Positions 31,927-34,273 of a stretch of 34,273 bases of DNA are shown in pieces. Below the pieces are notes generated by a model. That model saw nothing but the letters and a program-made list of their open reading frames with translations, did not search any database and was not told where the DNA came from. The stretch is from IMG/VR virus record IMGVR_UViG_3300013137_000008. One strand, given 5' to 3'. Position 1 is the stretch's first letter. Each line of letters begins with the position of its first letter. Origin of the DNA: a virus (taxonomy: Duplodnaviria > Heunggongvirae > Uroviricota > Caudoviricetes). The translations under genes were made by a program, and so were the position numbers.

Positions 31927-32093
31927 AATCTTCTCCATTGCTCTCTGCTATCATTTGGCATTGGTTCAAAATGTTTACAGTTACAACATTTTACTGGTTT
32001 GCCAGTGGATGAGCATTTTAAGTGCTTGTCTCCTTTTTTCTTAACTTTTTTTAAGTGTAACTTGCAGAAACCGTATTTCTGTCTTGCTCTCAT
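31923..32093 (-). CDS. Basic Cys-rich mini-protein
   Basis: Likely ATG 32093; FCKLH...KCSS...CCNCKH. Confidence 0.5.
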   Translation of the reverse strand: MRARQKYGFCKLHLKKVKKKGDKHLKCSSTGKPVKCCNCKHFEPMPNDSREQWRRL

Positions 32094-32119
32094 AATACCT
32101 TGAACCTTCTCCACTTTGA

Positions 32120-32347
32120 TTAATAGATGCCCTTCCCGTTTAACCATTTTATAAGTGGGTATGTGGTAAGAATCATAACACAAGCGGTCAATGCCTGTAT
32201 TAGATTAGCAATAGTGACTCTTCCTGTTTCACTAGCAATCAAAACAGTATCTAATGGTGGTACATTGGGAATAAATGAACCAAGATATAAGCCAATTCCA
32301 GCAGATACCATCATTATAATTATTGTTATGGGGCTTGATGTTGTCAT
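32120..32347 (-). CDS. Small two-TM protein
   Basis: 75 aa with two hydrophobic segments. Confidence 0.6.
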   Translation of the reverse strand: MTTSSPITIIIMMVSAGIGLYLGSFIPNVPPLDTVLIASETGRVTIANLIQALTACVMILTTYPLIKWLNGKGIY

Positions 32348-32353
32348 AATCCT

Positions 32354-32659
32354 TTAAATCTCTCCAAATAAATATGTAGACATCGTGTGCAGTTTGCGCT
32401 TAAGCAGCCACTGACAGAGGCGGTATTTCTTGTAAAGGTAGAGATTATGTAACCACTCTTGATATTTGTATTTGAAGCTGTTTGTGTCAATAGTTAACCC
32501 CATTGCATTTATTATCCCCATAACTATACTTACACCCATCATGACAGGGATAAGCTCAAGCACAGGGTTAATAAGTTTATTCCCTGTTAGCCAATAACTA
32601 CGTTCACTGCGTATGTCTATGTTTACTCTGCCAAATACTAATTTATCAATCCAATCCAT
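32354..32659 (-). CDS. Small membrane protein
   Basis: 101 aa with one central hydrophobic segment. Confidence 0.6.
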   Translation of the reverse strand: MDWIDKLVFGRVNIDIRSERSYWLTGNKLINPVLELIPVMMGVSIVMGIINAMGLTIDTNSFKYKYQEWLHNLYLYKKYRLCQWLLKRKLHTMSTYLFGEI

Positions 32660-32674
32660 TTAATTTAAACCTCG

Positions 32675-33034
32675 CTACTTTTGAGTTTCAGTTTCTCTAT
32701 ACTTTGATTCCCAATGTTTTATTTCGTCATCTGTATCGTTAGCCATGTTCATGCATTCAGAATTATTCGGGGCATTAAAGAAAACTGGGAGAATCAAGAA
32801 TAGCATACATCCTGATCCTAGTAGAATAGACCCTAAATTGTATAAATCATAAATTGTTATTACGCTTATTATTATTAGTATGAACCCAGCAACTGAGATG
32901 CCACCAAATATAAATGAAAGTATATTTTCAACCAAATATGATTTATGTAAGCTTGCCCATCTCTTGAATCCTTTCTTGGCTAAATCTTTTTGTTCGGGTG
33001 ACAGTTCGCTCCATGGTATAGTTTCTAATTTCAT
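32675..33034 (-). CDS. Two-TM membrane protein
   Basis: Start corrected to ATG 33034 (ATGA overlap). Confidence 0.7.
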   Translation of the reverse strand: MKLETIPWSELSPEQKDLAKKGFKRWASLHKSYLVENILSFIFGGISVAGFILIIISVITIYDLYNLGSILLGSGCMLFLILPVFFNAPNNSECMNMANDTDDEIKHWESKYRETETQK

Positions 33035-33387
33035 AATCCTTTGAACCTCTCTACTCTTTCTCTTTGGCAAGCCCTGCATTGTCTAAATCCCTTTGATGTT
33101 ACGTATGTATTTGAAGGCGTGAATTTGTGACCACTTTTGCAATGATTACCATAATCCATTCTTCTATGGCAACTGGCACATAAAGGCATCCAATCCCTTC
33201 TATCTCTTTGATAGGTATGGGATAAACAAGCCCATTCTACTGATAAATCTGTCCTACCACACTTCTGGCACTTTGTAGCTTTCCCATAATGTTCGTATAT
33301 CCAGTTGTGTTTTGCGGCATAAGTGGCGTCATCGCCTTTCCAGTTGTTGGCGTTTTCGCCAGTTTTGTTTGTGAAGGGTTTAATCAT
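33031..33387 (-). CDS. HNH-type homing endonuclease-like protein with C-terminal Zn domain
   Basis: NANNWKGD, CQKCG...EWACLSH...LCASCH and CKSGHKF...CRAC. Confidence 0.75.
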   Translation of the reverse strand: MIKPFTNKTGENANNWKGDDATYAAKHNWIYEHYGKATKCQKCGRTDLSVEWACLSHTYQRDRRDWMPLCASCHRRMDYGNHCKSGHKFTPSNTYVTSKGFRQCRACQRERVERFKGL

Positions 33388-34273
33388 TCATTCCACTCTG
33401 TATCTTAATCATGCCAATGTCCAAAGGAACGCTTTCATACTGTCCGTTCAATAACTCCAATCCGTTCTCAGGTTCACTCAAATACTGTCGTTTCATCTCT
33501 GAATGTATATCAATAGTCTTGGTGATCTCCTCTATATCCCCAATTCTATCATATTGCCGAAGATTAATACACTTTGCGATTGTAAGAGGGCTTAATTTTG
33601 TTTCAGGATATTCAGTTGCATCAGGATTATTCTTTATTTGCTCTATCAACCAGTTGTAATCCATGCCAAATTCACCTTTGCCCAACTTATCTTGAATAGC
33701 TACGCATCCGCTTGAAATTACAAGTGAAGGGCAATTTGCTTCCAATCGCCATTCCCCAGGTTGCTTTTCCTTTGATCTATCTACAAAGGAAACTGGTTCG
33801 TCTGTAAGTACGCCATCAACAGCTACATGCAATACTTTGCGTCCTTCATCAAAGGCTTTCATACAGAATCTAAATACATCCAATCGGCATTTCATTTCCA
33901 CATAGGCTCCCCATACAGGATTAAAGTGTTCTCCAACTTGCTCGCCTCTTTTTATTTGCAGGAGCATCCCCCACATACCGTTCAGAATACGTTTTACAAA
34001 TTCTTTGTCAAATCCTTCATACTCTGATTTCAAACCTGAGAGCCATTTGATTGGATATGATAGGGGCTTCACAGGCCGTTTGCAAGTCCACCAGAAACCA
34101 TCTTTTATTTCGTATGTGCCAAGTTTGAACTCGTCTATTATATCCAGTTCCTGTTTCTGTATGGCGTAGTTTTCATAGAACCCTATAGGAGTGTAGTGAT
34201 TTTCTACATCGGTATTGTAAAGTATCGGGTGAAACGGGGCAGTCATTCTCAGGTCTGCTAAACAAAATCCATA
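33380..34273 (-). CDS. Family B DNA polymerase, C-terminal part (5' end outside the window)
   Basis: The frame is open upstream of ATG 34246 to the window edge (YGFCLADLR). Motif B-like KRILNGMWG..Q, FNPVWGAYV, motif C-like LHVAVDGV, and PGEWRLE. Confidence 0.75.
   Translation of the reverse strand, partial: YGFCLADLRMTAPFHPILYNTDVENHYTPIGFYENYAIQKQELDIIDEFKLGTYEIKDGFWWTCKRPVKPLSYPIKWLSGLKSEYEGFDKEFVKRILNGMWGMLLQIKRGEQVGEHFNPVWGAYVEMKCRLDVFRFCMKAFDEGRKVLHVAVDGVLTDEPVSFVDRSKEKQPGEWRLEANCPSLVISSGCVAIQDKLGKGEFGMDYNWLIEQIKNNPDATEYPETKLSPLTIAKCINLRQYDRIGDIEEITKTIDIHSEMKRQYLSEPENGLELLNGQYESVPLDIGMIKIQSGMND

Noticed and set aside
1395-33659. Numerous antisense or overlapping ORFs in the track (e.g. 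5300..5758 +, 9001..9435 +, 11109..11495 +, 19953..20315 +, 1700..2005 -)
   Set aside because: They are shadows of well-supported genes on the opposite strand, with no RBS, coupling or recognisable motifs.
1-34273. tRNA, rRNA, integrase, terminase or virion structural genes
   Set aside because: No recognisable examples were seen, so viral identity rests on gene content and organisation only.

Overview
This AT-rich window looks like part of a bacteriophage or prophage-like element. It has tightly packed ORFs with ATGA/TAATG overlaps, Shine-Dalgarno sites and near-consensus sigma70 promoters. Phage hallmark genes are present: a DUF4373-type initiator with internal iterons, a DnaC-like loader, a family B DNA polymerase fragment, HNH nucleases, an N4/N6 DNA methylase and an ASCH-like protein. 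No capsid, tail or integrase gene is visible, so the viral identity is inferred. The main feature is an apparent element-encoded protein N-glycosylation system on the minus strand. It includes an archaeal-type AglB/STT3 oligosaccharyltransferase, a KpsS-like glycosyltransferase and a DPM-like GT2. It also includes a nonulosonic-acid pathway: PseB, NeuB/PseI, an SpsF/PseF-like cytidylyltransferase, WbuX/AglX- and WbuZ/AglZ-like amidino enzymes, three methyltransferases and three reductases. These sugar genes are interleaved with small membrane-protein genes instead of forming a contiguous cluster. The left end carries a divergent RHH/AAA+ switch and a radical SAM gene sitting inside the terminal relics of a DNA methylase. 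It also has two tandem promoter-plus-hairpin small RNA units and four ~29-bp repeats separating small membrane genes like a cassette array. All calls rest on motifs read by eye; no database search was run.
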